From: Actinomycetota bacterium
GTDB lineage: Bacteria; Actinomycetota; UBA4738; HRBIN12
Direction of reading: 5' to 3'
NCBI GenBank assembly: GCA_021325015.1
Contig: JAJPHY010000054.1
Coordinates: 8,523 to 72,522 of the forward strand
Length of the DNA stretch: 64,000 nucleotides
Part shown: positions 36,431 to 45,573 of the stretch, piece after piece
How positions within the stretch are numbered: the stretch's first letter is position 1
Layout of the letters: each line of letters starts with the position of its first letter
Notes under the pieces: generated by a model
Database searches by the model: none
What the model was told of the DNA's origin: nothing
What the model saw: only the letters and a program-made list of their open reading frames with translations
Translations under genes and position numbers: made by a program

Positions 36431-37330
36431 ATGATCACGTTCGTCCAGTCGACGGTCATGGGGCTCCTGCAGGGGTTCAGCGAGCTCTTCCCGATCTCGA
36501 GCCTCGGACACAGCGTGCTCGTGCCCGCCCTTCTCGGCTGGCACCGCGTGGTCTCCTCACAGTCGCGGAGCGAGTCGTTCTTCCTCGCGTTCCTCGTCGG
36601 CCTGCACGTGGCGACCGCGCTCGCGCTCCTGGTCTACTTCCGCTCGGACTGGGCGCGGCTCATCGGCGGCTTCTTCCGCACGCTGCGGACCCGCAGGATC
36701 GAAGACGCCGACGAGCGGATGGCCTGGCTCCTCGTGGTCGGGACGATCCCGGTGGGGATCACCGGCCTGCTGCTCGAGCACGCGCTCCGCGTGCTGTTCG
36801 CCAAACCGCTCGCGGCCGCCGCGTTCCTCGCCGTGAACGGCGCGATCCTGTTCGCCGGCGAGCGCCTGCGACGGCGGGCGGAGGTCCGCCAGCTCGTCGC
36901 CGCGAGCGCCGGGGCCGGCGACGGGGGCGAGCCCGGCCGGAACCTGGAGACGCTGGCCTTCCGCGAGGCGTTCGTGATCGGGCTGTTCCAGACGCTCGCC
37001 CTCCTCGAGGGGATCAGCCGCTCTGGCATCACGATGGTCGCCGGACTGCTGCGCGGCCTGAACCACGAGGACGCCGCCAGGTTCTCGTTCCTGCTCGCGA
37101 CGCCGGTGATCCTCGCCGCCGGCCTCTACAAGCTCCCCGACCTCCTCGGCCCGCTCGGCAACGGGATCCGCCCGCAGGTGCTGGTCGGCGCGATCGCGGC
37201 CGGGATCACCGCGTACCTGTCGGTGCGGTTCCTGATGCGCTACTTCCAGACGCGGACGCTCACGCCGTTCGCGGTCTACTGCCTGCTCGCGGGCGGGCTC
37301 GCCCTCGTCTACTTCGGCCTGATCCGCTGA
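36431..37330 (+). CDS. uppP: Undecaprenyl-diphosphatase
   Basis: GFSELFPISSLGHSVL, ISRSGITMVAGLLRGL and RFSFLLATPVILAA are BacA/UppP signature regions. Confidence 0.85.
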   Translation: MITFVQSTVMGLLQGFSELFPISSLGHSVLVPALLGWHRVVSSQSRSESFFLAFLVGLHVATALALLVYFRSDWARLIGGFFRTLRTRRIEDADERMAWLLVVGTIPVGITGLLLEHALRVLFAKPLAAAAFLAVNGAILFAGERLRRRAEVRQLVAASAGAGDGGEPGRNLETLAFREAFVIGLFQTLALLEGISRSGITMVAGLLRGLNHEDAARFSFLLATPVILAAGLYKLPDLLGPLGNGIRPQVLVGAIAAGITAYLSVRFLMRYFQTRTLTPFAVYCLLAGGLALVYFGLIR

Positions 37331-37436
37331 GGCGTTCGGCCCGGAGCCCCGAGCTCGGAGCCGGCCCGGTACGATCCCGCGCTGAGCGTCCCGCGCGGCG
37401 GAGCGCGGGCCGCGCCGACGACCCGAGGAGGCGTGC

Positions 37437-37844
37437 ATGGCGGACGACGATCGCTACGAACGCGGGCGCAGGCGCCTGGCCGAGATCCACGGCGAGCGCT
37501 CCCTGGCCACGATCGAGTCGCTCGGCGACCTCGGCCGCTACATCGTCGAGTTCGCGTACGGCGAGGTGTACTCGAGGCCGGGGCTCTCCCTCCGCGACCG
37601 GCAGATCGCGACGGTCGCCGTGCTGGTCGCGCTCGGTCGCTCGTCGCAGCTCCCGGTGCACCTGCGCTCCTCGCTCGCGGCCGGCCTCACGCCCGACGAG
37701 CTTCGCGAGATCATCCTGCAGACGGCGACCCTCGCCGGGTTCCCGCCGGCGATGAACGCGATGTCGACCCTGAAGACCATCCTCTCCGAACGCGAGGACC
37801 CGGCCGGTCGGCCCGAGGCCGGCCCGGCTACGAGCGGGAACTAG
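37437..37844 (+). CDS. Carboxymuconolactone decarboxylase (AhpD-like) family protein
   Basis: YIVEFAYGEVYSRPGLSLRDRQIATVAVLVALG is the CMD domain. Confidence 0.8.
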   Translation: MADDDRYERGRRRLAEIHGERSLATIESLGDLGRYIVEFAYGEVYSRPGLSLRDRQIATVAVLVALGRSSQLPVHLRSSLAAGLTPDELREIILQTATLAGFPPAMNAMSTLKTILSEREDPAGRPEAGPATSGN

Positions 37845-37858
37845 TCCGTGACAGACTA
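37840..37858. repeat. Palindrome CTAGTCCGT-G-ACAGACTAG overlapping the TAG stop of the CMD gene; ACTAGTCTG family
   Basis: Read directly from the sequence. Followed at 37862..37883 by the GC hairpin GGCGCGCC-CCGCGT-GGCGCGCC. Confidence 0.5.
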
Positions 37859-38057
37859 GATGGCGCGCCCCGCGTGGCGCGCCGGTAGGCCGGCATGCTG
37901 GCGCGGCTCCCGAACACCCCGTCGAGCCCGGAGCACGACCCGACGGCTCGTCGATGAACCGGTTCGTCGCGGGCCTCCTCGAGGCGATCGGGGTGCGGGC
38001 CCGACCCGGGGCCGAGGTGGTCGGGGTGCGCGACCGACCCGGTACGCTCGCGCCGCC

Positions 38058-39590
38058 ATGTTGTTCGAGGACGTCGCACGGACCTCGGCAGAGGTCGCCC
38101 GGACCAGCTCCCGATCGAGGAAGGTCGAGCTCCTGGGCGGGCTCCTCCGCTCGGCGGGTCCGGCCGAGGTCCCGGTGGTGGTCGCCTACCTGTCCGGAGC
38201 GCTCCCGCACGGGCCGGTCGGCGTGGGATGGGCCTCGCTCCGCGACCTTCCCCCTCCCGCGTCGCGCGCCACCCTCGGGGTTCGCGAGGTCGACGCCGCG
38301 CTCCGACGGATCGGCTCTCTGTCGGGAGCGGGGTCGCAGTCCGCGCGGCGGCGGGAGCTCGCCGACCTGTTCGGGCGGGTCACCGAGCTCGAGCGGCGGT
38401 TCCTGATCGGGTTGCTGACCGGCGAGGTCCGGCAGGGCGCGCTCGAGGGCGTGATGGTCGAGGCCGTGGCGCGGGCGGCGGAGGTTCCGCCGGGGGCGGT
38501 GCGGCGGGCGCTGATGCTCGGAGCCGACCTCGGAGCGGTGGCCGCGGCGGTCCTCGCCGAGAGCGAGCGCGGGCTCGCTCGGTTCCGCCTCCAGGTGCTC
38601 GAGCCGGTCCAGCCGATGCTCGCCCGGACGGCCTCGGATCTCGCCGGGGCGTTCGGGCGGATCGCGCCCGCGTCGATCGAGTGGAAGCTCGACGGCGCAC
38701 GCATCCAGGTGCACCGCCGTGGCGACCGGGTCCGCGTCTTCACCAGGAACCTGGCCGACGCCACCGAGCGCGTGCCCGAGATCGTCGAGCGGGTCCTCGC
38801 GCTCCCGGTGGAGGCGGTCGTGCTCGACGGCGAGGCGATCGCCCTCCGCGACGACGGACGCCCTCGCGCGTTCCAGGTGACGATGCGCCGGTTCGGAAGC
38901 CGGCGGGGAGTCGAGGAGCTCCGCGCGGAGATCCCCCTGTCCTGCTTCTTCTTCGACGCGCTCCACCTGGACGGGGAGGACCTGATCGACCGGCCGCAGG
39001 CGGCGCGGTTCGAGGCGCTTCGCGAGCGGGTGCCGCCCGATCTGGTCGTGCCCCGCACCGAGGCGGCGACGGATGCGGAGGCCCGGCCATTCCTGGAGGA
39101 GACGCTCGCGCGCGGGCACGAGGGCGTGATGGTCAAGGCGCTCGACGCGCCGTACGAGGCCGGCCGCCGCGGCGCGAGCTGGCTGAAGGTCAAGCGCGCG
39201 CACACGCTCGACCTGGTCGTGCTCGCCGCCGAGTGGGGGCACGGGCGTCGGCGGGGGTGGCTCAGCAACCTGCACCTCGGCGCGCGCGATCCGTCCTCCG
39301 GCGGGTTCGTGATGCTCGGCAAGACCTTCAAGGGGATGACCGACCAGATGCTGGCGTGGCAGACGGAACGCCTGCTCGAGCTCGAAGCGGCCCGGGACCG
39401 CTCCACCGTCTACGTGCGCCCGGAGCTGGTCGTCGAGGTCGCGTTCGACGGGCTGCAGGAGAGCCCGAGGTACCCGGGCGGGCTCGCGCTCCGGTTCGCC
39501 CGCGTGAAGGGCTACCGGCCCGACAAGCGGGCCGGCGAGGCGGACACGATCGAGACCGTGCGGGCGATCCACGCGGGCTCGAACTCCTGA
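38058..39590 (+). CDS. ligB: ATP-dependent DNA ligase (LigB-type)
   Basis: N-terminus MLFEDVARTSAEVARTSSRSRKVELLGGLL is mycobacterial LigB-like. Adenylation motif I EWKLDGARIQ, plus the OB domain. The ORF-track start at 37860 is likely too far upstream. Confidence 0.85.
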   Translation: MLFEDVARTSAEVARTSSRSRKVELLGGLLRSAGPAEVPVVVAYLSGALPHGPVGVGWASLRDLPPPASRATLGVREVDAALRRIGSLSGAGSQSARRRELADLFGRVTELERRFLIGLLTGEVRQGALEGVMVEAVARAAEVPPGAVRRALMLGADLGAVAAAVLAESERGLARFRLQVLEPVQPMLARTASDLAGAFGRIAPASIEWKLDGARIQVHRRGDRVRVFTRNLADATERVPEIVERVLALPVEAVVLDGEAIALRDDGRPRAFQVTMRRFGSRRGVEELRAEIPLSCFFFDALHLDGEDLIDRPQAARFEALRERVPPDLVVPRTEAATDAEARPFLEETLARGHEGVMVKALDAPYEAGRRGASWLKVKRAHTLDLVVLAAEWGHGRRRGWLSNLHLGARDPSSGGFVMLGKTFKGMTDQMLAWQTERLLELEAARDRSTVYVRPELVVEVAFDGLQESPRYPGGLALRFARVKGYRPDKRAGEADTIETVRAIHAGSNS

Positions 39591-39615
39591 TCGCCCGGGC
39601 GCTGCCCGAGCGCCG

Positions 39616-40836
39616 TCACGGCGCCCGGCTGGCCTCGAACACCGGGACCGGGCTCCCGAACCCCTTGAGCTCGACCTCACCCATCTCGGCGAACGCGAAC
39701 CCGCGCCCCGAAGCCGGCCCGACGACCTCGCCGCTCACGAGCGTCTGTCCGGCGCTCGCCACGGCGGCGATGCGGGCCGCGAGGTTCACCGTTCGACCGA
39801 AGTAGTCGCCGTCCTGGAAGACGGCCGGGCCGGCGGCCACCCCGGCGTGCGCCGGCAGCCCGAGCTCGGGCGCCCGGTGCACCACCTCGAGCGTCGCCTC
39901 GACCGCGTCTCCGGGGTCGCGGAAGTGCACCATCACGCCGTCGCCGAGCCACTTGATCGGTTTGCCTCCGGCCTCGGTGGTGACGCGGTCGACCACGTGC
40001 CCCAGGTCGGCGGCCAGGCGCGCGCTCGCCTCATCGCCGTGCTGTTCGGTGAGCGCCGTGAACCCGGCGAGGTCGACGAAGGCGAATGCCGGCGGCCGTG
40101 CCGGCCGCTCGTACAGGCCCATCTCGTCGAGCACACCCTCGATACCCTCGACGGTCAACGCGTTCCAGGCGCGCTCCTGCTGGCGCCGGTAGGCCACCAG
40201 CACCATCCGCTCCTGCAGCGGGGTCGACTCGGCCCCGAACGCATTGGCCGCGTCGACCGCCTCCCGGTACGACATCCCCCGGCGGACGAACGCGCCGAGC
40301 ACGAACTTCTCGAACAGCGCCGCCTCGGCGTCGACGATCCGCCGCATCGCGTCGGCGTACACCCGAGCCGTGCGGAGGAGGGCATCCCGGTCGAACACCG
40401 TGGCGGCGAGGCGGACCAGCGGGAAGATCTCGAGCTCGTCCTCGCGGATCCGGTCCGACGGCAGGCGGCGGGTCGAGCCCATCGACTGCGCGACGTCGAG
40501 CACGAGCTCGATTGGTAGCTGCATGCGCTCGGCCAGCTCTTCGTAGGTGAGGTCGGCGAGCGTGGACCACCGATAGTGCGGCAGATCCATGAACGAGAGC
40601 GAGACGCGCCCCTCGGCGATGGCCCGACCGATCGCTGCGGCCGGCATCCCCGCGAGCTCACACGCCGAGACGAATCGGACCCGGTGGACGTCGCCCTGGG
40701 TAAACGGCTCGTCGCCGTCGGCCGGAAACAGGACGCCGTGCTCGACGAGCCGGTCGATCGCCGCGACGTCCACGCCCGCGCGTTCGGCGAGCGCCTCGCG
40801 CGAGAGGCGGTCAGGCTCCAGGGACGGAGGGTCCAT
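39616..40836 (-). CDS. Class III adenylate/guanylate cyclase with N-terminal HTH-containing domain
   Basis: Catalytic motifs FAFVDLAGFTALT, WLGDGVMVHF and GRTVNLAARI. The N-terminal HTH-like stretch is LSREALAERAGVDVAAIDRLVEHGVL. Confidence 0.8.
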   Translation of the reverse strand: MDPPSLEPDRLSREALAERAGVDVAAIDRLVEHGVLFPADGDEPFTQGDVHRVRFVSACELAGMPAAAIGRAIAEGRVSLSFMDLPHYRWSTLADLTYEELAERMQLPIELVLDVAQSMGSTRRLPSDRIREDELEIFPLVRLAATVFDRDALLRTARVYADAMRRIVDAEAALFEKFVLGAFVRRGMSYREAVDAANAFGAESTPLQERMVLVAYRRQQERAWNALTVEGIEGVLDEMGLYERPARPPAFAFVDLAGFTALTEQHGDEASARLAADLGHVVDRVTTEAGGKPIKWLGDGVMVHFRDPGDAVEATLEVVHRAPELGLPAHAGVAAGPAVFQDGDYFGRTVNLAARIAAVASAGQTLVSGEVVGPASGRGFAFAEMGEVELKGFGSPVPVFEASRAP

Positions 40837-40927
40837 GGACGCCCAAGAGTATCAGGGAGCAACCACGGTGGACGGGGGCGGCCGGCGGCACAGGCGCAGC
40901 TCCCGCGCCGGCGCTCACCGCCGACCG

Positions 40928-42103
40928 CTATCCGGCGGGCACCGGCGTACGGAGCATGGGCGTTCGACCGCAGTTTGCTCGGTACCGCTCGAACCGTTCC
41001 AGCACGTCCGCCGGCAGATCCGGCAACCCGGGCGGCCCGGCCCGGTACTTTGTCCCGTCGGGCCGGTACCAGGCCACGGCGCCGTCGGCCGCGCGCTCGA
41101 TGCGCCACCCGTGCTCGTGCACCAGCCGGTGATGGAACGTGCAGATCATCAGGAGGTTGTCGAGATCGGTTCGGCCGCCCCTGGACCACCACTTGATGTG
41201 ATGGGCTTTCAGGTAGCTCCGGCGGCCGCAGCCCGGGAACCGGCACTCGGGGTCGCGGTGCCGAAGCAGGCGGAGCATGCTCGCCGGGGGTTCCCTCCGG
41301 GCTCGCCCGAGAGCGAGCGGATTGCCCGCCCCGTCCTCGGCGACCACTTGGAGCCTTGCCTCGCAGGCGAGCCGCTGAAGCGCGGCGCCCACGACCACGC
41401 CCTCGAACCCCACCCGCGCGGAACGATCGTCGCTCAGGAGGGCCTCGGCTGGCGCGTGGATCAGGATCGTGGGCGTCGGGTCGGCCGAACCCCGGCACAC
41501 CGCCACGAGGGCGTCGGCCAGCCGCTCCGGCCCGTTCGGGTCCTCGTCCGGCATGGTCGGGAGCCGGTCAGCCACCCGGTCCAGACACTGCTCGACCACC
41601 GCCATCTCGGCGGCCGGCAGGCGGGCGAGGAGCTCGCCCATCGTTCCCTCGTCGGCGTACCAGATGTTTACCGAACGAGCGCGCTCGGCTTGCTCGGCCT
41701 CCTCCCGCGACCGCCTGACCTCGAGATCGCCCCGCCGGCGTATCGTGGCGGCGGAGACCTCTCCGGCCCAGCGGAGCAGCCGAGCCTCGGTTTCGGGCGT
41801 GGCGAACCGGCAGAGCTCGAGCACCTTGTCGATCCCGATCTCGCCCCGCTCGAACGCGCCCGCGATCCGCGGGAGGGATCGAAGCGCGTGCCCGGCACGG
41901 ATCCAGCGCTCGGCCTTCCACCAGGAGACGCCGTATCGCATCGAGACGTAGTGGCTCATGCTCATGGCGCCGGAGTCAGTCCAGACCGCGCGCTCGTCGG
42001 CGCGAGCGATGAGCTCGAGCATCCGACGCTGCGAGCGGCAGATCTCGGCGTTCGACCGGTCGATCTCGTCGACGAGCTCTTCGCGTGTGGTCGAGGGCCG
42101 CAT
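40928..42103 (-). CDS. DUF222 plus HNH endonuclease domain protein (mycobacterial REP13E12-like family)
   Basis: N-terminal DUF222 (EICRSQRRMLELIARADERAVW) and C-terminal HNH (CRFPGCGRRSYLKAHHIKWWSRGGRTDLDNLLMICTFHHRLVHE). Confidence 0.8.
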   Translation of the reverse strand: MRPSTTREELVDEIDRSNAEICRSQRRMLELIARADERAVWTDSGAMSMSHYVSMRYGVSWWKAERWIRAGHALRSLPRIAGAFERGEIGIDKVLELCRFATPETEARLLRWAGEVSAATIRRRGDLEVRRSREEAEQAERARSVNIWYADEGTMGELLARLPAAEMAVVEQCLDRVADRLPTMPDEDPNGPERLADALVAVCRGSADPTPTILIHAPAEALLSDDRSARVGFEGVVVGAALQRLACEARLQVVAEDGAGNPLALGRARREPPASMLRLLRHRDPECRFPGCGRRSYLKAHHIKWWSRGGRTDLDNLLMICTFHHRLVHEHGWRIERAADGAVAWYRPDGTKYRAGPPGLPDLPADVLERFERYRANCGRTPMLRTPVPAG

Positions 42104-42273
42104 GATCCGAAGTATCGAACATGCGTTCGGAGGCGTCAGTGAGGTCGGTCACATCCGGACCGAAATCCGCCGGCGGCACCGAACTTGTCCCCCAGGTGGG
42201 GCCCGTGGTGGGCTCCCGGTGCCGCGGCGGGGAGGCGAGCCGGAGCCCCCCTCCGGACGGTCGGAGGACGCTC

Positions 42274-43848
42274 CTATTCGAGGTAGCCGAGGCCGCGCAG
42301 GTGCTCCTCCATCTCGTCGGCCTCGGTGTCGGAGACGGTCGGCTCCTCGGCGACCGCGACGGCGGCCGGAACCGACTCGCCGGCCCTGACCGAGGCCTCG
42401 GCGCCGACGACCTCGTGCAGGACGCGACCGGTGGGCTTGATCGAGGCGGGCGCGTCGAGCGCGGCCAGGATCGTCGGGGCGAGGTCGATGAGCTTCGGCT
42501 CCTGCTCGAAGGGCTTCACGTTCGGACCGACGGCCACGATCACGCCCTCGGGTCGGTGGTCGCCGGAAACCCAATCGGCGTCCTCGATCGCGGACTTCGC
42601 GTGGGTGAGCGAGTAGCCCTCGGCAGGCTCCATGAGGATGTCGGGCGCGGTGTCGGCATGCCTGCCCTTGAAGACCTCTTCCTTCTTGAAGATCGCCTTG
42701 ACGGGCTTGCGCCCGGTCTTGGGGTCGACGAAGGAGGCGAGCCGGTCCATCACCTCGTCGCGGACGCGCTCGAAGTCGCCGGGGTCGACGATGCCGTCCG
42801 GCTCGCGGCCGGCCAGGTTGATCGAGACGCCCTCGCCGGTCGAGCGGATCGAGGTGTACGCGCGGGTCTTGGACCAGTTCACGGGCTGCGGCAGGGAGAC
42901 CTTGCCGTGCAGGCCGAGCACGTCGTAGAGCTTCCGCGCGATCTTGCGGACGGCGCCCCACTGCATCGGACCGAAGACCACGTTCGACGCGCTGAACTCG
43001 AGGTAGCCGAGCTTCTTCAGCAGGTGGTCCATGTGGATCGTGCGGGTACAGGACTGGAACCCGTGGTCGGAGATGAACAGGATCAGGTCGTCCTCGCGCG
43101 TGCGCGAGACGAACGAGCCGATCGCGTCGTCGAGCTGCTTGTAGACGTCGCGGACCTTCGAGGCGAGCGCGGTGTCCTTGTTCCTTGCGTAGTCGGGGTG
43201 ATCGGGGCCGACGTAGTTGGAGAGGGCGTGCTGGGTGCGATCGACCGAGACCCAGACGGAGGCCATCAGGTCCCAGTCGGTGTTGTCCATCAGCCACTCG
43301 GTCGCGCGGATCCGCTTGCCGGTGATGTCGAGGGCCTCGGCCAGGTACGGCTCGGGCCGGTTCCGGTAGGTGGTCCAGGACATACCGTTGATCTCCCAGG
43401 GCACGCCGGCCTTCGCGAGCGTCTCGGGCAGGTCGGCGGGGTGGGAGTAGGTGCGGTTCTTCGGAAGGACCCCGCCGGCCAGGATCCGCCCGTTGATCTC
43501 GGGGGGCGGGAACATCAGGGGCACGTCGGCGTAGACCCCGACCTTGCCGGCCGCCGAGAGGTCCTCGACGAACGTGCGCTCCTTGATCGATCGATAGGTG
43601 ACCGGGTAGGCCTTGTGGGTGCCCGGGACGGTCTCGAGGATGTCGTAGACGCCGTGGTCGGCCGGGTCGACGCCCGTCAGGAACGATGGCCAGGCCGCCC
43701 ACGAGTGGGTCGGGACGGTCGAGCGCAGGACCGCCCGCTGCCCCCGGCCGATCAGGGCCTCGAGGTTCGGCAGGTCGCCCCGCTCGAGCAGGGGGTCGAG
43801 GATGCGCCAGTCGGCGCCGTCCCATCCGATCAGGAGTACTCGTGGCAT
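42274..43848 (-). CDS. Alkaline-phosphatase-superfamily protein (type I phosphodiesterase / nucleotide pyrophosphatase-like)
   Basis: MPRVLLIGWDGADWRIL...LILFISDHGF metal-binding core. C-terminal LRGLGYLE. Confidence 0.8.
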   Translation of the reverse strand: MPRVLLIGWDGADWRILDPLLERGDLPNLEALIGRGQRAVLRSTVPTHSWAAWPSFLTGVDPADHGVYDILETVPGTHKAYPVTYRSIKERTFVEDLSAAGKVGVYADVPLMFPPPEINGRILAGGVLPKNRTYSHPADLPETLAKAGVPWEINGMSWTTYRNRPEPYLAEALDITGKRIRATEWLMDNTDWDLMASVWVSVDRTQHALSNYVGPDHPDYARNKDTALASKVRDVYKQLDDAIGSFVSRTREDDLILFISDHGFQSCTRTIHMDHLLKKLGYLEFSASNVVFGPMQWGAVRKIARKLYDVLGLHGKVSLPQPVNWSKTRAYTSIRSTGEGVSINLAGREPDGIVDPGDFERVRDEVMDRLASFVDPKTGRKPVKAIFKKEEVFKGRHADTAPDILMEPAEGYSLTHAKSAIEDADWVSGDHRPEGVIVAVGPNVKPFEQEPKLIDLAPTILAALDAPASIKPTGRVLHEVVGAEASVRAGESVPAAVAVAEEPTVSDTEADEMEEHLRGLGYLE

Positions 43849-44140
43849 GGAAATCAGTCCTCAGCAGGGGGTTCGGGTCCGGGAGAGTCTACCCAAGGAG
43901 GGCGCGGGCACTCCCGTTCTCGTCGCGTGTCAACGCCAGGGCCCTCCCCGCGCACATGTGAGTGATGAGGGCGGAGACTCGGGGGCCGATCACAGTGTTT
44001 GAGAGCTCGTTCGAGTCCTTCCGCCGCGCATGGTTCCCGTCGGTCGGCCGCGCCGTGGCGCTCGTGGTGAGGGATCTGGATCAGGGGAGCTGGCGACCGC
44101 GGGTACCTCCGGGTTTGACGAAAGGGCAGAGTGCTCCATA

Positions 44141-44171
44141 ACCTACTGGTTCTATAAACGAGAGGCTATAG
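44141..44171. promoter_or_regulatory. AT-rich inverted repeat TCTATA-N10-TATAGA immediately upstream of arsR-family gene; candidate operator
   Basis: Read directly from the sequence. It overlaps the presumptive -10/SD region. Confidence 0.3.
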
Positions 44172-44561
44172 ATGGCAACGACTGTGGCAGACCCGCTCGA
44201 TGCGGTGTTCGGGGCGCTCGCGGATCCGACGCGGAGGGCGATCCTCTCCCGTCTGGCGCAGGGGGAGGCGACCGTCACGGAGCTCGCCGCGCCGTTCAGC
44301 GTCTCGCAGCCGGCGATCTCGCGGCACCTCAAGGTGCTCGAGCACGCCGGGCTGATCTCCCGGACCCGGCGGGCCACCGCCCGCCTCAGCCACCTCCGGG
44401 CCGAGCCGCTCCGCGAGGCGACCGTGTGGCTTGCCGGCTATCGGAAGTTCTGGGAGGAGAGCTACGAGCGGCTCGACGAGCTGCTCGAGACCCTGCAGTC
44501 GCAGGGGCAGGAGACCGACCGATCGCGACCGAGCGATCCGGCAGGAAGGAGCACGACGTGA
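44172..44561 (+). CDS. ArsR/SmtB-family transcriptional regulator
   Basis: LADPTRRAILSRLAQGEATVTELAAPFSVSQPAISRHLKVLEHAGLI. Confidence 0.85.
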   Translation: MATTVADPLDAVFGALADPTRRAILSRLAQGEATVTELAAPFSVSQPAISRHLKVLEHAGLISRTRRATARLSHLRAEPLREATVWLAGYRKFWEESYERLDELLETLQSQGQETDRSRPSDPAGRSTT

Positions 44562-45040
44562 CCGAGATGCAGATCACCGCCGAGCCCGGGGTTCCGCAGA
44601 TCCTGACCTCGCGCGAGTTCGCCGCGCCGCGCGACCTGGTGTTCCGCGCGTTCACGGAGCCGGACCTGCTCGTCCAATGGCTCGGACCTCGCAGGTACAA
44701 GATGACGATCGACCGGTGGGACCTCCGGGACGGCGGCACGTATCGCTACGTCCACGCCGACGAGGCCGGCAACGAGTTCGGGTTCCACGGCGTGTTCCAC
44801 GGCGATCCCTCACCCGACGGCATCGTGCAGACGTTCGAGTTCGAGGGCGCTCCCGGCCACGTCTCGATGGACACGGCGACGTTCGAGGAACGGGACGGCA
44901 AGACGATCGTCCGCATCAACTCGGTATTTCAGTCGGTCCAGGCCCGCGACGCGATGGTCGATGCCGGCATGGCGAGCGGCATGAGCGAGGGGTACGAGCG
45001 CCTCGACGACCTGCTCGCCAGGCTGGTCGCGAACGGCTGA
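44558..45040 (+). CDS. SRPBCC / AHSA1-domain protein
   Basis: The GTG start overlaps the arsR stop (GTGA), with AGGAAGGAG 8 nt upstream. AHSA1-like fold sequence is present. Confidence 0.8.
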   Translation: MTEMQITAEPGVPQILTSREFAAPRDLVFRAFTEPDLLVQWLGPRRYKMTIDRWDLRDGGTYRYVHADEAGNEFGFHGVFHGDPSPDGIVQTFEFEGAPGHVSMDTATFEERDGKTIVRINSVFQSVQARDAMVDAGMASGMSEGYERLDDLLARLVANG

Positions 45041-45072
45041 AAGAGCCGCTGACCCCGGAAAGGGAGAGGACC

Positions 45073-45543
45073 ATGCAGAAGATCACACCGTGCCTGTGGT
45101 TCGACACCCAGGCCGAGGAGGCCGCGACCTTCTACGTCTCGCTGTTCGACGATGCGGAGGTGAAGAGCGTCCAGCACCTGGACGGGACCCCGAGCGGGGA
45201 CGACGTGGCGCTGGTGTCCTTCCGGCTGGAGGGTCAGGAGTTCACGGCGATCAACGGCGGGCCGCAGTTCCCGTTCACCGAGGCCGTCTCGTTCCAGGTC
45301 TCGTGCAAGGACCAGGCCGAGGTGGACCGGCTCTGGAGGGCGATCACCGCCGACGGGGGCGAGGAAGGGCAGTGCGGCTGGTGCAAGGACCGGTTCGGCC
45401 TGAGCTGGCAGATCATCCCCGATCGGATGGGCGAGCTCCTGGGCGATCCCGACCCCGAACGCGCCCAGCGCGCGATGCAGGCGATGCTCCAGATGCGGAA
45501 GATCGACGTCGCGGCGCTCGAGCGCGCGGCCGACGGTACCTGA
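45073..45543 (+). CDS. VOC (glyoxalase/bleomycin-resistance) superfamily protein, PhnB-like
   Basis: MQKITPCLWFDTQAEEAATFYVSLF...WCKDRFGLSWQI. Confidence 0.8.
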   Translation: MQKITPCLWFDTQAEEAATFYVSLFDDAEVKSVQHLDGTPSGDDVALVSFRLEGQEFTAINGGPQFPFTEAVSFQVSCKDQAEVDRLWRAITADGGEEGQCGWCKDRFGLSWQIIPDRMGELLGDPDPERAQRAMQAMLQMRKIDVAALERAADGT

Positions 45544-45573
45544 GGCCGGGGCCCGGGCTCCGGGGAGGGGTTC

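Noticed and set aside
37260-39680. 806-aa minus-strand ORF antisense to the DNA ligase
   Set aside because: Antisense to a ligase with canonical LigB N-terminus and KxDG motif. Composition is R/G/P-rich.
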